A stretch of 64,000 nt of DNA from Ancylonema sp. (taxonomy: Eukaryota), in the NCBI GenBank assembly GCA_050230475.1, contig JBFLGF010000074.1, positions 1 through 64,000 of the forward strand. Direction: 5' to 3'. The notes beneath the pieces were generated by a model. That model did no database searches. It saw only the letters and a program-made list of their open reading frames with translations, and was not told the DNA's origin. Shown piece after piece: positions 62,750 to 64,000 of the stretch; position 1 is the stretch's first letter, and each line of letters opens with the position of its first letter. Position numbers and translations under genes: made by a program.

Positions 62750-64000
62750 TCATACCACAGAGTAGGAATAATATAAAATAAATGTACCCGTTGTTCACTT
62801 TGATTTGCTCTTTTTCTGTTTATCCTTTGGAGGATAAGGTCGATAGCCATGTCCATATATCGCAATGAGCAGCGCTTCCGCTCGCCCTAAAATTAAAGTG
62901 TACGAGAGGAAAGGAAAAAGAACGAGGAAGACTTAGTGTGGCCCATCACCACCAAGCGATTGAGTCATGGAGCGGAATAACAATAAAAAAGATAGCAAAA
63001 CATCGGTGCCTATATGCCCCCACGACTTGGCTGCACGATCATCAAGCCCTGACTTATCATCACTAGAACAACGAATTCATTTAAGAGCACTCGCGGGAAT
63101 GGAGAGGAAGGTTGTATGGAAATGGGGGGGGTGGGGGAAGCAAATCAATGATAACGGATCCATTGCCTCACCGTCATCTTTTGCTCTTTTTAATTTATCT
63201 TCCAAGGACGGGAACAAGGTCGTCGCCATATTCCGACTCGCAATCTTTGCAACAAACGACCCGGAAAACCAGAAAATTAATTGCCCCTCCACTTGATCCA
63301 TACTATTTCACACGATGGTGATCGAAATGCTACTGCAAATCAATTGCAAATCTCATGACTCATCCGGTTGATGTGCGAACAACCCCAAAAACTCGAAAAC
63401 ACAAAATCGGAGTTTGGGACACCCACAGAGCTTCACCTTTCCTTCTTTGCCACCTGGTAGCTTGAGCCCCCTCTTCCATTGCTGCGGCACAACAGAGACC
63501 ACACTCAGCCCCATGGCTGTCAGAGTGCCCACCCACAATCCATGGCCGAACCCCGATGAGTACGCACCCTGCACACAAGGGCCGGGAGGGGGCCTGGGAG
63601 GCTGGGGAGGCTGGGGAGGTTGACTTGGCGCTGATCTATGATTTTATGTTTTACTCATCCGCATACTCGACTGGATTTCGGGAGGCAATTGCGAAAGAAA
63701 GGAGATTGGGACATGTGAAAGAGGTTGTTGTGTGTCGAACCATTCCCCCGTTTCCCGGGAGAGGGCCGTGCTGCTCCAGGTAGATGGGTAGACCTGAGAG
63801 TGTAAGAAAAGAGAGTTTTATTAGATGAGAGGGGTCTGAGGGAGAGAAAGAAGGAGGTGGGTGGGGGGGGGGGAGGTACATCTGTTTGGTAGGGAGGGTG
63901 TACCAGGGGGGAGGTTGAGGTCTTTGATAGAGTCAGCCATCCTGTGTGGATCGTGGCGACGACGAAGGGTGGCATTTATTCTCACCACAGTGAAGGGCAT
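62750..64000 (-). CDS. MOC1: Plastid Holliday junction resolvase MOC1 (RuvC-like), 3' part; the 5' end lies outside the window
   Basis: Exons 63904-64000, 63741-63793, 63437-63568, 63172-63244 and 62750-62886. IYLEQ..P.P..G, GFGHGLWVGTL, VVPQQWK, LFPSL..LKRAKDDGRAEALLIA. Confidence 0.92.

Overview
Eukaryotic, intron-rich nuclear DNA of the green-plant lineage, probably a streptophyte alga (inferred from plant-type genes such as MOC1, DUF3119 and nuclear-encoded L36, plus a Tcn1-like chromovirus). Host genes: RimM/PRC-barrel-like, pinin, an LRR protein, SWC4/DMAP1, organellar L36, a Topors-like RING protein, a His-rich membrane protein, a damaged DUF3119 gene, Sec61-gamma, NSRP1/CCDC55 and the 3' part of MOC1. 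The centre (about 15.1-33.7 kb) is a three-tier nest of LTR retrotransposons. The oldest is a decayed Ty3/Gypsy element carrying a DNMT3-like C5 cytosine methyltransferase domain between its protease and RT. That domain is split by two full-length Ty1/Copia insertions, and one Copia carries a chromovirus that appears to self-prime. Other notable items: both Copia elements seem to start Gag inside the LTR; an intronless, internally duplicated ORF resembling bacterial PD-(D/E)XK-like proteins; a foldback of at least 460 bp; and distinct mutation signatures in old versus young elements. All family calls come from motif recognition by eye; no database search was run.
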